Assembly: GCA_951812735.1 (NCBI GenBank)
Contig: OX638332.1
Coordinates: 1,362,508 to 1,426,507 of the forward strand
Direction: 5' to 3'
Origin: Candidatus Dadabacteria bacterium
GTDB taxonomy: Bacteria > Desulfobacterota_D > UBA1144 > Nemesobacterales > Nemesobacteraceae
Length of the DNA stretch: 64,000 bases
Below are positions 41,528 through 51,799 of this stretch, piece by piece. The position numbers were made by a program, and so were the translations under genes. Below the pieces are notes generated by a model, which saw only the letters and a program-made list of their open reading frames with translations, was not told the DNA's origin and did not search any database. The number at the start of each line of letters is the position of its first letter. Position 1 is the stretch's first letter.

Positions 41528-41872
41528 ATGGGAATTATAGCAGAAGTCGAAAAAAAGCACCTGAGAACGGACCTGCCGGAATTTCGGGCTGGGGACACGG
41601 TATCGGTCCACTATAATATTAAGGAAGGCGAAAGGAGAAGGATCCAGGTTTTTGAAGGTACCGTGATAGCCAGGAAAGGTTCGGGCTTCAGGGAAACTTT
41701 CACCGTAAGGAAAGTCTCCTATGGTATCGGCGTCGAGAGAATCTTTCCCCTGCATTCTCCTCTTATAGGGAAAATAGAAGTAAAAAGAAAAGGCCGCGTG
41801 AGAAGAGCGAAGCTCTACTACCTAAGAGGTCTTTCAAAGAAAGCCAGCAGGATAAGGGAGAGAACCTCCTAG
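41528..41872 (+). CDS. rplS: 50S ribosomal protein L19
   Basis: 114 aa with the L19 signature ([27 protein letters not shown]). Confidence 0.93.
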   Translation: MGIIAEVEKKHLRTDLPEFRAGDTVSVHYNIKEGERRRIQVFEGTVIARKGSGFRETFTVRKVSYGIGVERIFPLHSPLIGKIEVKRKGRVRRAKLYYLRGLSKKASRIRERTS

Positions 41873-42612
41873 TCCCCGGCTGTTCCAGTTCCGTCCGTCC
41901 CGCCATTTTCTGCTTCCCCTATCTTGCCCATTACGTGGGCTATTCTCTGTATTGAGGTGTAAAAGGAAAAGAGGAAGAGAATTATTATTGAGATCTTCAG
42001 AAGATAATCCCTGTTTCCAAGCCCGAAAAGGAAGGTAACTATGTTGCCAAGGAAGTTAAACGCTGAGAGTACTCCGAGGTAAACCATCCTCTCGGTTCTC
42101 TGCATTATTCCTACTTCGCAGTCGATTCCGAGCCCCTCTGCCCTGGCTTTCGTATAGCTGACCATCATAGAACAGCTGACTATCAGGAAAACGATGTAGA
42201 GGAAAAAAGTGTCTCTGAAAAAACTCAGAAGGCCTAGGTAGATGAGAACTTCTGAGTACCTGTCCACGCAGGAGTCAAAGAAAGCTCCCTTGGGTGAATT
42301 GAGTCCCTGGGCTCGCGCAACTCTGCCGTCAAAAATGTCAAAAGTGGAACCAGCCAGCAGCAACACCCCTGCTACGAAGATCATGCCCAGATGGAAAAAG
42401 TAGCCCGCAAGCGCGGAAACCAGAAGAGTGGTTATAGTGAGCACGTTGGGGAGGAACTCCCTGTCTATAAGAAATTCCTCTATGGGGCTCATGAGAAAAA
42501 GCCACCAAGACTTGATCCCGCCCGAGAGAAGCTTTGAGGAGTCCGGTTTTCTCCCGGTCTTCGATCTCTCGTCGGTTTCTTCGGAACTAGGTGAAGGCCA
42601 TTGGTCTTCCAT
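41869..42612 (-). CDS. CDP-alcohol phosphatidyltransferase family protein (PssA/PgsA-like)
   Basis: [30 protein letters not shown] is the D-G-x2-A-R...G-x3-D-x3-D motif. The start is uncertain and the N-terminal 40 aa are low-complexity. Confidence 0.8.
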   Translation of the reverse strand: MEDQWPSPSSEETDERSKTGRKPDSSKLLSGGIKSWWLFLMSPIEEFLIDREFLPNVLTITTLLVSALAGYFFHLGMIFVAGVLLLAGSTFDIFDGRVARAQGLNSPKGAFFDSCVDRYSEVLIYLGLLSFFRDTFFLYIVFLIVSCSMMVSYTKARAEGLGIDCEVGIMQRTERMVYLGVLSAFNFLGNIVTFLFGLGNRDYLLKISIIILFLFSFYTSIQRIAHVMGKIGEAENGGTDGTGTAGD

Positions 42613-42684
42613 GGAAATAAATAATAACCTGTAATCTCCCTTGTAGTCTATTGGGGTAGAAAGTATGAGTCCGTGCTCTGCCGT

Positions 42685-43221
42685 TTAATCGTTAATAGTT
42701 ATGTAGAACTTAAAGTCTCTTTCTTTTTCTTTTATTTCGTTTCCGTATTCCCGCGCCTGTTCCTTGGATTGAAAAGTTCCTATCCTTACCCTGTAGAAAG
42801 TAGTGATTTCAGAAGGCGAGTACTCTGTTATAAAAGCTGGATACCCTCTGTCTTTGTAGAACCTCACTGTCCTGTTGGCGACTTTTTTGCTAAGGAAGGA
42901 ACTGACCTGAATGGTGTATTTGTGGTCGGGATTGATCATCGCCGACAGGTATTGATCACGGGCGGATGTTCCTTTGGGAGAGGTTCCATCCGATACATCG
43001 CCCGGTTTTTCCCCTTCACCGCCTGGAAGTTTCTCTCGCGACACAAACGAAAACAGTTTTTCCAGAAAACCGGGAGATTCTTCCGCCGAGACCGGCTCGT
43101 CCGGGGGTATGAATTTTTTCCCCACCACGACTCCCAGAGAAAACACCATTGTGAAAACAACGAGAAAAACTAGGGAAAAACGCAGTATCCGGGGATCTTT
43201 TTCTTTTTTTTCTTCAGTCAT
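42685..43221 (-). CDS. SPOR-domain peptidoglycan-binding protein
   Basis: N-terminal TM, a Pro/Glu linker and a C-terminal SPOR fold (YTIQVSSF...FYRVRIGTFQSKEQAREYG). Confidence 0.7.
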   Translation of the reverse strand: MTEEKKEKDPRILRFSLVFLVVFTMVFSLGVVVGKKFIPPDEPVSAEESPGFLEKLFSFVSREKLPGGEGEKPGDVSDGTSPKGTSARDQYLSAMINPDHKYTIQVSSFLSKKVANRTVRFYKDRGYPAFITEYSPSEITTFYRVRIGTFQSKEQAREYGNEIKEKERDFKFYITIND

Positions 43222-43223
43222 TT

Positions 43224-44891
43224 CTACATGCTTCGGGGAGCGTTTATTCCTAAAAGCCCGAGACCGTTTTCTATGACTACCTGTACGCAGCGGGCCAGGT
43301 AAAGCCTCGCGGATGCCGTATTGGCGTCCTCTGAGTCCAGTATTCTCGTCTTATTGTAATAAAAATGAAACCCGGCCGCCAATTCCTGGAGATAGTAGAC
43401 TACCTTATGCGGGGAAAGCGACTCGGCCGCCGAGTGGACCACATCGGGAAACCTGAGAAGTATTTTCACTATGTTTCTTTCCTCATCGTCTGAAAGAAGG
43501 CCGAGATGTTCCTCCGAAGCGCCCACTCCCGCTTCCGCCGAGTTTCTTAACAGGCTTGAAATTCTCGCGTTTGCGTACTGAACGTAGTAAACGGGATTTT
43601 CGCTTGACTCCTTTTTCGCCAGTGAAAGATCAAAATCAAGATGACTGTCCGAGCTTCTCATCAGCAGGAAAAATCTAGTGGCGTCGCACCCAACTTCGCG
43701 CAGCACTTCGCGAAGCGTAACGAAATCTCCTGTTCTTTTCGACATCGGGACTTCCACTCCATCCCTTACTAGCCTCACAAACTGCATAAGAAGTACCTGC
43801 AGAGAAGATTCATCCAGTCCAAGAGCTTTCATAGATGATTTAAGGCGTGAGACGTGACTGTGATGATCGGCCCCCCAGACGTTTATTATCCAGGAAAAGC
43901 CCCTTGAATATTTATCCATATGGTAGGCTATGTCGGAGAGAAAATAAGTCGGGGCACCGTCTTTTTTTATTATTACCCAGTCCTTGCCGTCCCCGTAGAG
44001 TGAAGCCTTGAACCAGCACGCCTCTTCTTTTTCTTCAACCGCGTCAATATCTTCAAGTCTGGCCAGAGTTTCGCCGATTTTTCCCTTTGCCGCACCACGA
44101 CCGTGTATTTTGGTTCTCTCGCTGTACCAGTTGTCAAAATCCACCCTGAGATCCAGAAGATCGGTCTTTATTTCCTCAAGCAGTTTTGAGTAGGCAAACT
44201 CCCTGCAGAACTCAACGGCCTCTGGTTCATCCCCGGGCACCTCCGGACATTCTTCCGATTCCCTTATTTCCCCCGCCAGTTCGGAGATGTACTCGCCGTG
44301 ATACCCGTCTTCCGGAATCTCTCTCGCGAGTCCGGATAACCGCGCGAGAGCCGAGTACACCGATTCGCCGAGCATGTCCATCTGCCTGCCCGCGTCGTTT
44401 ATGTAAAATTCCCTGGTAACTTCGTATCCGCAAAAGGAGAGTATTCTGCACACCGAATCTCCTACAACGGCGTTTCGCGCGTGGCCGAAATGAAGGTAGC
44501 CTGTGGGATTTGCGCTCACAAATTCCACTAGCACCTTCTGTCCGGAACCTTCACGGGAAGCTCCATACTGCCCGCCGAGACGCAGGATTTCCCGGAGTTC
44601 CGATTCAAACAGGGTTTTATTAACGAAAAAATTGATAAATCCCGGTCCCGCGATATCGAGCTTTTCTATGAAAGTGGACTGACGCTTTTCTATGGCGGCG
44701 ACTATCCGTTTTGCAACTTCGCGCGGATTCTCCCCCGTCATGCTTCCTATTACAAGCGCCGTGTTTGTGGAGAAATCGCCGAATTCCTTTCTTTTCGGCA
44801 CCGACACCTCAAACTCCGTTCCCGTGGGGATTCCGGGAAACTCAAGCGAATCTACGGACTCTTTTATGACTTTTAGTATCTCATCTTTCAT
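43224..44891 (-). CDS. argS: Arginine--tRNA ligase
   Basis: 555 aa with class I motifs HFGH and MSKRTG, plus an N-terminal Arg_tRNA_synt_N and a DALR anticodon-binding region. Confidence 0.93.
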   Translation of the reverse strand: MKDEILKVIKESVDSLEFPGIPTGTEFEVSVPKRKEFGDFSTNTALVIGSMTGENPREVAKRIVAAIEKRQSTFIEKLDIAGPGFINFFVNKTLFESELREILRLGGQYGASREGSGQKVLVEFVSANPTGYLHFGHARNAVVGDSVCRILSFCGYEVTREFYINDAGRQMDMLGESVYSALARLSGLAREIPEDGYHGEYISELAGEIRESEECPEVPGDEPEAVEFCREFAYSKLLEEIKTDLLDLRVDFDNWYSERTKIHGRGAAKGKIGETLARLEDIDAVEEKEEACWFKASLYGDGKDWVIIKKDGAPTYFLSDIAYHMDKYSRGFSWIINVWGADHHSHVSRLKSSMKALGLDESSLQVLLMQFVRLVRDGVEVPMSKRTGDFVTLREVLREVGCDATRFFLLMRSSDSHLDFDLSLAKKESSENPVYYVQYANARISSLLRNSAEAGVGASEEHLGLLSDDEERNIVKILLRFPDVVHSAAESLSPHKVVYYLQELAAGFHFYYNKTRILDSEDANTASARLYLARCVQVVIENGLGLLGINAPRSM

Positions 44892-44918
44892 GAATTTTCG
44901 TTGCCCTATTTACTCATC

Positions 44919-45533
44919 CTAAGAGCGCAAGTGATCAATATCGTTAAAGGATATTATAATGAACCTGTCGTCGTATATTTCAACGATGGTTTTTGAGGCT
45001 TCATCCACTATGTAGTTGCGTAATTTCTTAAGCGAGTTTCCGGAAAATCTGCAGAGAAGTGTACCTATTACCATATTGTGGCTTACGACTACTATGTTCT
45101 GCGACTCGAAACGGCTTTTGATATCCGCTATGGCGTCAAGGGCTCTTCGCTGAACGCCGCTTAGGGATTCTCCGCCCGGCAACTGCAGGGTTTCCGGGTC
45201 ATTGCGCCAGTGCTCGAGCACGTGAGAATATTCCTCCTGTATATACGAGAAATCAAGGCCTTCGAAAATTCCCTGGTCCATCTCCTGGAGATCATCTCTG
45301 ATGTTAACGTCAACAGAGTGATACTCGGCGATTTTCTCCGCCGTCGTTTTTGCCCTTGTAAGGTCGCTTGAGTATATGCGGTCGATCTTCTCGTCTTTGA
45401 GGGAAAAAGCCACCTTCTCCGCCTGCTCAATTCCGGCGGGATTAAGCGGAACGTCGCTTATTCCCTGGCATCTTCCGGTTTCGTTCCAGTCCGTCTTTCC
45501 GTGTCTTACGAGTATCAGGCGCATGCGAATCAC
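44919..45533 (-). CDS. Histidine phosphatase family protein (phosphoglycerate mutase-like)
   Basis: LVRHGKTDWN RHG motif near the N-terminus; 204 aa. Confidence 0.75.
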   Translation of the reverse strand: MIRMRLILVRHGKTDWNETGRCQGISDVPLNPAGIEQAEKVAFSLKDEKIDRIYSSDLTRAKTTAEKIAEYHSVDVNIRDDLQEMDQGIFEGLDFSYIQEEYSHVLEHWRNDPETLQLPGGESLSGVQRRALDAIADIKSRFESQNIVVVSHNMVIGTLLCRFSGNSLKKLRNYIVDEASKTIVEIYDDRFIIISFNDIDHLRS

Positions 45534-46393
45534 TTCTTGCTCTCACATGAAATGATGAAAAATTCCGATTTTATCCTGTCCCTCAACTCATTTGGGGGAG
45601 GGGGAAGCGGCGAAGCGGAGTTCACGGCCTTTATGCAGTAAGAATCAAACTGAGTATTTCCGGAACTTCTCTCTATTCCCACGTCATATACCTCGCCGCT
45701 CTCTCTCATGTGAAAATTCACCTGGGCATTGAGAAGAATACCGGAATCTATGTTGAGGGGCAGAATAAGGTTTTTCTGTATACGTTTCGATATCGTTTTG
45801 TAATAAACGTCAAGCACAAGGGAGATGAGCCCCGGGCCGGCCTCTTTGGAAGCCGGTTCGGCCGGCGCTTGTGCGGTGGTTTTCTTGATGCTGCTTAAAA
45901 CGGATTCCTTCTTTATGTCCCTGATTACTTCTCTTTTCCCGGATTCAAGGGGGTCTCTCTTGGCGGCGACTTCCTCTTTCTTCGTTTTACTCTCCGTGTT
46001 CTGTGCCGTTTCCTTGGGTGGCGGCGCTGCGGGTTCTTTCGGCTTCTCAGCTTTTGTTTTCGCCGGGGAGGCTTCGGGACTCTCTTTTTTCTTCGCCGCT
46101 ACTGCGTCCGGGCCCGGTTTTTTCTTCTGCGGGGGTTTTGGCTTTTCCTTGGGAGGTTTGCTGATCTTTTTCTTCACATTTTTCTCAGGCTTCGGGGAAC
46201 GGCTGGGAGCTTTCACGCTTGATTTCTTCTTGTCGGCGCGTGGAACCTGGGTAGAAAGTGATACTTCTATTGAGCGCTCGGGGGAAACTTGCCCGTGTCC
46301 CCCGACTCCGAGAGCAAGCAGACAGACGACCAGCAGATGAAGACCCAGGGAAATAAAAAGCCCTTTGCGGTAATGAATCTCTTCTCCCTTCAT
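45530..46393 (-). CDS. tonB: Energy transducer TonB
   Basis: N-terminal TM, a long Pro/Lys-rich spacer (KPPKEKPKPPQKKKP...) and a C-terminal TonB domain. Confidence 0.8.
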   Translation of the reverse strand: MKGEEIHYRKGLFISLGLHLLVVCLLALGVGGHGQVSPERSIEVSLSTQVPRADKKKSSVKAPSRSPKPEKNVKKKISKPPKEKPKPPQKKKPGPDAVAAKKKESPEASPAKTKAEKPKEPAAPPPKETAQNTESKTKKEEVAAKRDPLESGKREVIRDIKKESVLSSIKKTTAQAPAEPASKEAGPGLISLVLDVYYKTISKRIQKNLILPLNIDSGILLNAQVNFHMRESGEVYDVGIERSSGNTQFDSYCIKAVNSASPLPPPPNELRDRIKSEFFIISCESKK

Positions 46394-46854
46394 CTTTTTA
46401 CATGTCCGCTCTTTTTATCCTTTATGTTTTTTGATTCCGTGACCAGGCTTAGCTTCTCAACGCCGGTTCTTTTTATCTCGTCTATGACTTTTACCAGGAA
46501 TCCGTACTCAACCGATTTATCAGCTCTGAGGAAAACCCGGCCGCTCTCGGGTGTGGTTTTTCCCGTTTTCATTAATTTGGCGAGAGCGTCAGAGATTTCT
46601 GAAAGCGGGTAGCTTGCGTCTTCGAGAAATATGTTTTTGGATCCGGTCACGGTCACGGTTATCCGTTTCTGGTTTTGCACCGGGATCTTGGAAGATGCCG
46701 TCTGCGGAAGGCTCACCTTGATTCCCTGGTAGAGTATGGGAGTGGTGACCATGAAAATAACAAGAAGAACCAGCATTACGTCAACAAACGGAGTGACGTT
46801 TATCTCGGAGAGGACCGACCTGCGCCAGCCAGTATTGAATTTTCCCGTTGCCAT
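46390..46854 (-). CDS. exbD: Biopolymer transport protein ExbD/TolR
   Basis: 154 aa with the signature INVTPFVDVMLVLLVIFMVT. Confidence 0.88.
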   Translation of the reverse strand: MATGKFNTGWRRSVLSEINVTPFVDVMLVLLVIFMVTTPILYQGIKVSLPQTASSKIPVQNQKRITVTVTGSKNIFLEDASYPLSEISDALAKLMKTGKTTPESGRVFLRADKSVEYGFLVKVIDEIKRTGVEKLSLVTESKNIKDKKSGHVKR

Positions 46855-46870
46855 GAGGCAAAATTCCCCG

Positions 46871-47584
46871 TTACCTGTTTAGATATCTTTCTGCCGTGTT
46901 AAGAAATCCGGCACAGAAATTCTCCATTTCCACTTCCATGGCCCTTACCCGGTTGACAAAGTAGTTATACGCTATTGTGGCGGGGATGGCGGCTGCAAGA
47001 CCGATGGCGGTTGCTATAAGCGCCTCTGCGATTCCCGGAGCCACGACCTCAAGCGAGGGGACCCCTTTGCTTCCGGCGAGCCCTATGAAGGAGTTCATAA
47101 TGCCCCACACGGTTCCGAACAGCCCTATGAAAGGGGCTGAACTGCCGGTGGTAGCAAGAAAGACCAGAGATTTCTCGAGTTTTGAAGCCTCTGCGGTCAT
47201 TGCTCTGTTAAGCGCCCTTTCCACGAGGTCTACGGATTCGGCACGGGAAGAGTCTCCATTTGGCTGAGGGTCGAGTTCGCCCCGGTTTTTCTTCTTCTCC
47301 GTTTTCACCACTTCTGCGTAACCCGCCCTGAAAAGTTCGGCGACCGGACCGCCGACTTTCTCCGAGAAGGAAAGAAGCGCTCTCATGTCTTCGTTTGAAT
47401 GATAGAGATTGAGAAACGCGGTCGATTTCTTGGAAGAACTCCTTAGAAGACGGAATTTCGTGTAGATAATTGCCCAGGAAAAAACGGACATGAAGATTAA
47501 AAGCAGAAGCACGACCTTGACCACAGGTCCGGTGCTTACAAGCAGCATTAATATGTTGTTTGATCCTTCCGTGAACAGATTCAT
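46871..47584 (-). CDS. exbB: MotA/TolQ/ExbB proton-channel protein
   Basis: 237 aa with 3 TM and the signature FIGLFGTVWGIM. Confidence 0.88.
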   Translation of the reverse strand: MNLFTEGSNNILMLLVSTGPVVKVVLLLLIFMSVFSWAIIYTKFRLLRSSSKKSTAFLNLYHSNEDMRALLSFSEKVGGPVAELFRAGYAEVVKTEKKKNRGELDPQPNGDSSRAESVDLVERALNRAMTAEASKLEKSLVFLATTGSSAPFIGLFGTVWGIMNSFIGLAGSKGVPSLEVVAPGIAEALIATAIGLAAAIPATIAYNYFVNRVRAMEVEMENFCAGFLNTAERYLNR

Positions 47585-47760
47585 AAAGGGTGCTTAGGTG
47601 AAATCCGAAAACACAGTTCCATCGGTAATTCTTTTCAAGCCATGTCGCGGGCGACACGCGGTCGGATAACCCGATACCGGGCAAAGAGGCAACCGCTGAT
47701 AGAAATCAGACAGAAAGCCCTGATCCTTATATGATACCCGTTTTAGGGAATTAAACATAA

Positions 47761-49004
47761 GGGAATTATCCTTTTTAGTTGACATATCCAAGGACTGTTC
47801 TTGGCCGAGCAGGCCCTACATCAGCCTGCTTCTCTCTCATCCTTCCGACCATGCGGGTTACATTCCCGCCCGCAATCGTGATTCCACGATGAAGGATATT
47901 TATTGCCGCATTTAAGTCCCTGTCCGCTTCGTATCCGCATTCGCACTTATGCGTCCTTACGGACAGGTCTTTCTTTACCGTTGCTCCGCAACTTGAGCAT
48001 TCCTGCGAGGTTTCCTTGGGATTCACCGCCACCATCTTAACGCCAGCACTCTCGGCCTTCTCGTTAAGCAGGGTTATGAACTTGCCCCAAGTCTGCTCTG
48101 ATATGCTCTTTGCCAGATTCTCGTTGCGCAGCATGTTCTTTGTCTTCAGCTTCTCTACCGCTATGAAGTCGTACATCTTGACTATCTCCGAGGTCAGCCT
48201 GTGGAGATAGTCCCTTTCCTTGTCCGATACCCTCTGCCATTCCTTTGCGAGCATGGATGCGGCTTTACGCCTGTTGTTGCCCCCCTTCACCTTGCGGGAC
48301 ACGGAGCGTTGAAGGCGTATCAGTTTCTTGCGATCTATAGTCCGCTTCTCTACAGTCTCCCCGTTGCTCAGCATCAGACGCTTCGATATGCCCATGTCTA
48401 TACCGACGGGATTGCTTACAGGCTTTGCCTCGGGTGTCGGCAGGTCGTAGGACAGGGCAACTTCGGTACGCAAAGGTTTCCTGGTAATTCGTATCGCCTT
48501 AAGCAGGGCATTCGGGGGAAGTTCACGGGAAGGCTTTACCTCAATGCGGGGAAGCCCCTTTACTTTGAGAACCAACTTGTTTCCCTCACGCTTGAGCATT
48601 CGCCAGCACTGGTCGTTTATCTCTATCGAACGCCACCGCCTCCTGCTCTTCCAACGAGGAAAACCGCCATGCTTAAAGAACCGTTTGTAGGCTTTGTCTA
48701 AACGGGATAGAACACCACGGAACACGATGCTGGATATAGCCTCAAACTCCGGCAACTCCGCTCTTACCTGCACAAGTTCCTTGTACTGGTCATAAAGGCT
48801 ACGTCCCTTGCCCGTCTTCTTGTAGCAGTCAATACGGGATTCCAGTCCTGCGTTGTACAGTTCTGCGGATAAGCTGAATATCTCTCCAAGCCTCTCATGC
48901 CCCGTCTTGGATAACCTCACCCTGCACTTGTAAGTCCTTATCATCACTATATTATACCTGCTTTATAATTGGAACCAACCTGTCAACTAAAAAGGATAAT
49001 TCCC
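47761..49004 (-). mobile_element. TnpB-only element (tnpB copy 2) lying exactly between perfect 24-bp inverted repeats and flanked by 8-bp direct repeats (AAACATAA)
   Basis: GGGAATTATCCTTTTTAGTTGACA at 47761-47784 is the exact reverse complement of 48981-49004. AAACATAA sits at 47753-47760 and again at 49005-49012. Confidence 0.6.
47775..48947 (-). CDS. tnpB: IS200/IS605-family TnpB (OMEGA RNA-guided endonuclease), full length
   Basis: 390 aa with an N-terminal helix-turn-helix-like region and a split RuvC fold with a zinc finger (CSSCGATVKK...CECGYEADRDLNAAINI). About 80% identical to copy 1. The last three codons and the stop lie inside the inverted-repeat arm. Confidence 0.9.
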   Translation of the reverse strand: MMIRTYKCRVRLSKTGHERLGEIFSLSAELYNAGLESRIDCYKKTGKGRSLYDQYKELVQVRAELPEFEAISSIVFRGVLSRLDKAYKRFFKHGGFPRWKSRRRWRSIEINDQCWRMLKREGNKLVLKVKGLPRIEVKPSRELPPNALLKAIRITRKPLRTEVALSYDLPTPEAKPVSNPVGIDMGISKRLMLSNGETVEKRTIDRKKLIRLQRSVSRKVKGGNNRRKAASMLAKEWQRVSDKERDYLHRLTSEIVKMYDFIAVEKLKTKNMLRNENLAKSISEQTWGKFITLLNEKAESAGVKMVAVNPKETSQECSSCGATVKKDLSVRTHKCECGYEADRDLNAAINILHRGITIAGGNVTRMVGRMREKQADVGPARPRTVLGYVN

Positions 49005-49119
49005 AAACATAACCTTGTTGTCAGGACTTCCTGTCTTTTATCAAGCTTAAATTTTATGTATATAGCGAATTTCTTTTTTTTAAGATTCCTCCCTGGTTTT
49101 TCTTCTTTAACATTTCCTT

Positions 49120-49507
49120 CTACGCGGCATCCGGAAGAGGCTTTCTGAACTCCTTGTCAAAGAGCTCTCCTTTTTCCAGGATGACGCGGGCGACGAACAA
49201 AAGACGGTCGCACACAGTACGAACGGATCTGCAGTAACCATGACCTTTTCCCCGAAGCTCTTCGTACTTGGTCCTGCTTACCGGATCATGCTTTACGGCT
49301 ACCCCTCCCAGAACATGAAACGCGGCTGAGAGGCTCTTGCACACAGCCCTTCGCTTTATGACCAGCTTTGTCTTGCCCGATTGTCTCGTCACCGGAGCCG
49401 TACCGCCGAGACACCGAATTGCCTCGAAGTCCCGACGGCGCACAAGACTCCATGCCTCGGCCACAAGCGTCGCGAGCACTACAGTCCCCACGCCCGGAAT
49501 GGATCGG
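49120..49507 (-). pseudogene. IS110-family recombinase, C-terminal (Tnp/catalytic-Ser domain) fragment
   Basis: Translating in frame upstream of the listed ORF gives ...LYRSIPGVGTVVLATLVAEAW...PVTRQSGKTK..., which is the IS110 C-terminal domain signature. It joins the N-terminal fragment at 55858-56724 across the 6.35-kb insertion. Confidence 0.8.
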
Positions 49508-49679
49508 TATAGTTTAAAAGCTACTTTTGCCCACTGCTGTCCCGACGTTTTGAGCTAAGTGTGTTATAACCGGCTGATTACAAACATAAAACAGCCGTTA
49601 AGAGATGCGGCTGACTTGAAGTCCAAAATCCGTTTTCCCATGATATCTGTACCTATCAGCATAACAGGAGACAGATATC

Positions 49680-50846
49680 ATGTACACGGGGAAACTGGTT
49701 TTCACACAGCTCATGGATCATCTTCCGTGGGACACTTTCCACAGATACGTAAAACGTTATAACGGCAATCACAAAGTCAAATCATTTTTCTGCGCAGAAC
49801 AATATCGCTGCATGGCTTTCGCCCAGCTTACCTGCAGAGAGAGCCTTCGCGACATAGAAACCTGTCTCCGCGCCCAAGTCAAAAGACTCTACCACATGGG
49901 AATCACAAGCGGCATCTCACGCAGCACCCTCGCTGTCGCGAACCAGAATCGCAACTGGCACATCTACGCGGATTTCGCACAGCACCTTATCCGCAAAGCC
50001 CGCCTGCTCTATCGTGATGACGACAATGGGCTGGATATTCCCGACACTGTCTACGCACTGGATTCTTCCACCATAGACCTCTGCCTTAACCTGTTTCCGT
50101 GGGCCCGGTTCCGAAGAACAAAATCAGCGGTAAAACTCCATACCCTCCTTGACCTGCGTGGCTATATCCCCGCTTTCATTCACATTTCCGACGGTAAACT
50201 CCATGATGTCAATCTCCTTGACCAACTTGTTCCCGAACCCGGGGCCTTTTATGTTATGGATCGAGCCTACCTCGACTTCACTCGCCTGTATCGCCTCCAC
50301 CAGTCTCTGTGCTTCTTCGTTCTGCGAACCAAAAAGAACACACGGTATCGCCGTACCGACTATCGCAAAGTGGACCGTTCCACAGGACTTGTCTGTGACC
50401 ACACAATTAAACTGACAGGAACAAAGAGCATCAAAGATTTCCCACAACCCCTGCGGGTAGTAAAGTATCGGGACAAGGAGCGTAACAAGACCCTCACTTT
50501 CATCACAAACAATTTCTCGCTTCCTTCCATTACCATCTGCGAACTGTATCGGAACCGCTGGCATGTTGAACTGTTTTTCAAGTGGATCAAGCAACATCTT
50601 AGAATCAAGAGTTTTTACGGTCTATCGGAGAACGCCGTAAAATCTCAGATATGGATTGCGGTCTCGGTATATGTGCTTGTTGCGATTATCAAGAAGCGGC
50701 TTGCACTTGAGCAAAGTTTCCACACAATTTTACAGACTTTGAGCCTTACTCTGTTTGAAAAAATCCCGTTAAATCAGCTACTTACAACAGAACTGGATTT
50801 TTCTCCCGACCTCATGTATCGTAACCAACTGGAATTGTTTGATTAA
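49680..50846 (+). CDS. IS4/IS701-like DDE transposase (DDE_Tnp_1 type)
   Basis: 388 aa with the characteristic C-terminal YRNRWHVELFFKWIKQHLRIK (Y-2-R-3-E-6-K) motif. Confidence 0.85.
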   Translation: MYTGKLVFTQLMDHLPWDTFHRYVKRYNGNHKVKSFFCAEQYRCMAFAQLTCRESLRDIETCLRAQVKRLYHMGITSGISRSTLAVANQNRNWHIYADFAQHLIRKARLLYRDDDNGLDIPDTVYALDSSTIDLCLNLFPWARFRRTKSAVKLHTLLDLRGYIPAFIHISDGKLHDVNLLDQLVPEPGAFYVMDRAYLDFTRLYRLHQSLCFFVLRTKKNTRYRRTDYRKVDRSTGLVCDHTIKLTGTKSIKDFPQPLRVVKYRDKERNKTLTFITNNFSLPSITICELYRNRWHVELFFKWIKQHLRIKSFYGLSENAVKSQIWIAVSVYVLVAIIKKRLALEQSFHTILQTLSLTLFEKIPLNQLLTTELDFSPDLMYRNQLELFD

Positions 50847-50931
50847 CATCAAGACACTAGTGATTTCCGGTAATCTCGCACTGACCGAAGCCAAAAAAAC
50901 AAGTAGCAATTATATGGCGATTTTAGCGATT

Positions 50932-50962
50932 TTATAGCGCTTAAGAAATGATCTTGCCAAGA
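50932..50962 (-). repeat. IS-terminus copy C (TTATAGCGC...AAATGATCTTGCCAA) with an outward promoter on the minus strand
   Basis: Shares about 65 bp with terminus copies A and B. -35 TTGGCA and -10 TATAAA on the minus strand. Confidence 0.6.
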
Positions 50963-51799
50963 AAATCAGAGAAAAAACCCAGAAAAAAGCAACAATATTC
51001 AGGGCGTTAAGCGAAAATAACACGAGCGCCACTAAATCGCTACTTTTGTTTTGAAGGGACATTTTGAAGGGACAAGAAAACCAAGTAACTACAAGGAGTT
51101 ATGAAGGGACAAGGGACAGCCGCAATTCTCAGGCAGCTTAAGTCAGTTACTTAATTTTTAATGTGAGACTACCACCTGAGGGCGGCTCATCTGCAGGACG
51201 AAGTATCGGTTCACCTACAATTTAACGAACTTGATCGTTAGAGACGCTTTTGTTGTCGGCACAAGCATTGACCACCCGCATTCCGATCCTGAGTCCATCT
51301 ACGGTCTTGAGCGCGTGAGAGCCGAAGCCCCCGGCTACCGACCATCGGGATGGTTGTTTTTTTAGGGGCACTTAAGCTTTACGGAAAAGAAGAGAGGAAC
51401 TTCGAGAAATTCTGGGAGGTTAACAGGGAGAACTACAGAGCAACCATTCAGCTGGTTGTGGCCCTAGTCTCAGAATCGACGCGCCTTAAAGCCACGAGGG
51501 CTGTGTGTATCCCGGTAACATTGATGAGAAAAGGTTTTTGAAGGAAATGGTTTGAAAAGGAACAGCAGGAATGCGTGGCCAACCACCAATAGAACAGGGT
51601 CCAGGCGGGCAGTTGTAACCTTTACTGTTCACGCTTGGCCACCTCAATCCACAAGCATCCAGAGGATGGTGTCTTTCTAGTCTTAAATGGCTGTTTAGAG
51701 ACCCTCAAAAGACCTTTAAACGGCCATTAACTCCCCCTTGAAAATTAAAAATGAGCTGCTTATAATCCGTTTTTTTGTAACCACCCATCCTTGCTTTCG

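Noticed and set aside
45825-46340. 171-aa plus-strand ORF
   Set aside because: It is antisense to the Pro/Lys-rich spacer of tonB, a low-complexity mirror.
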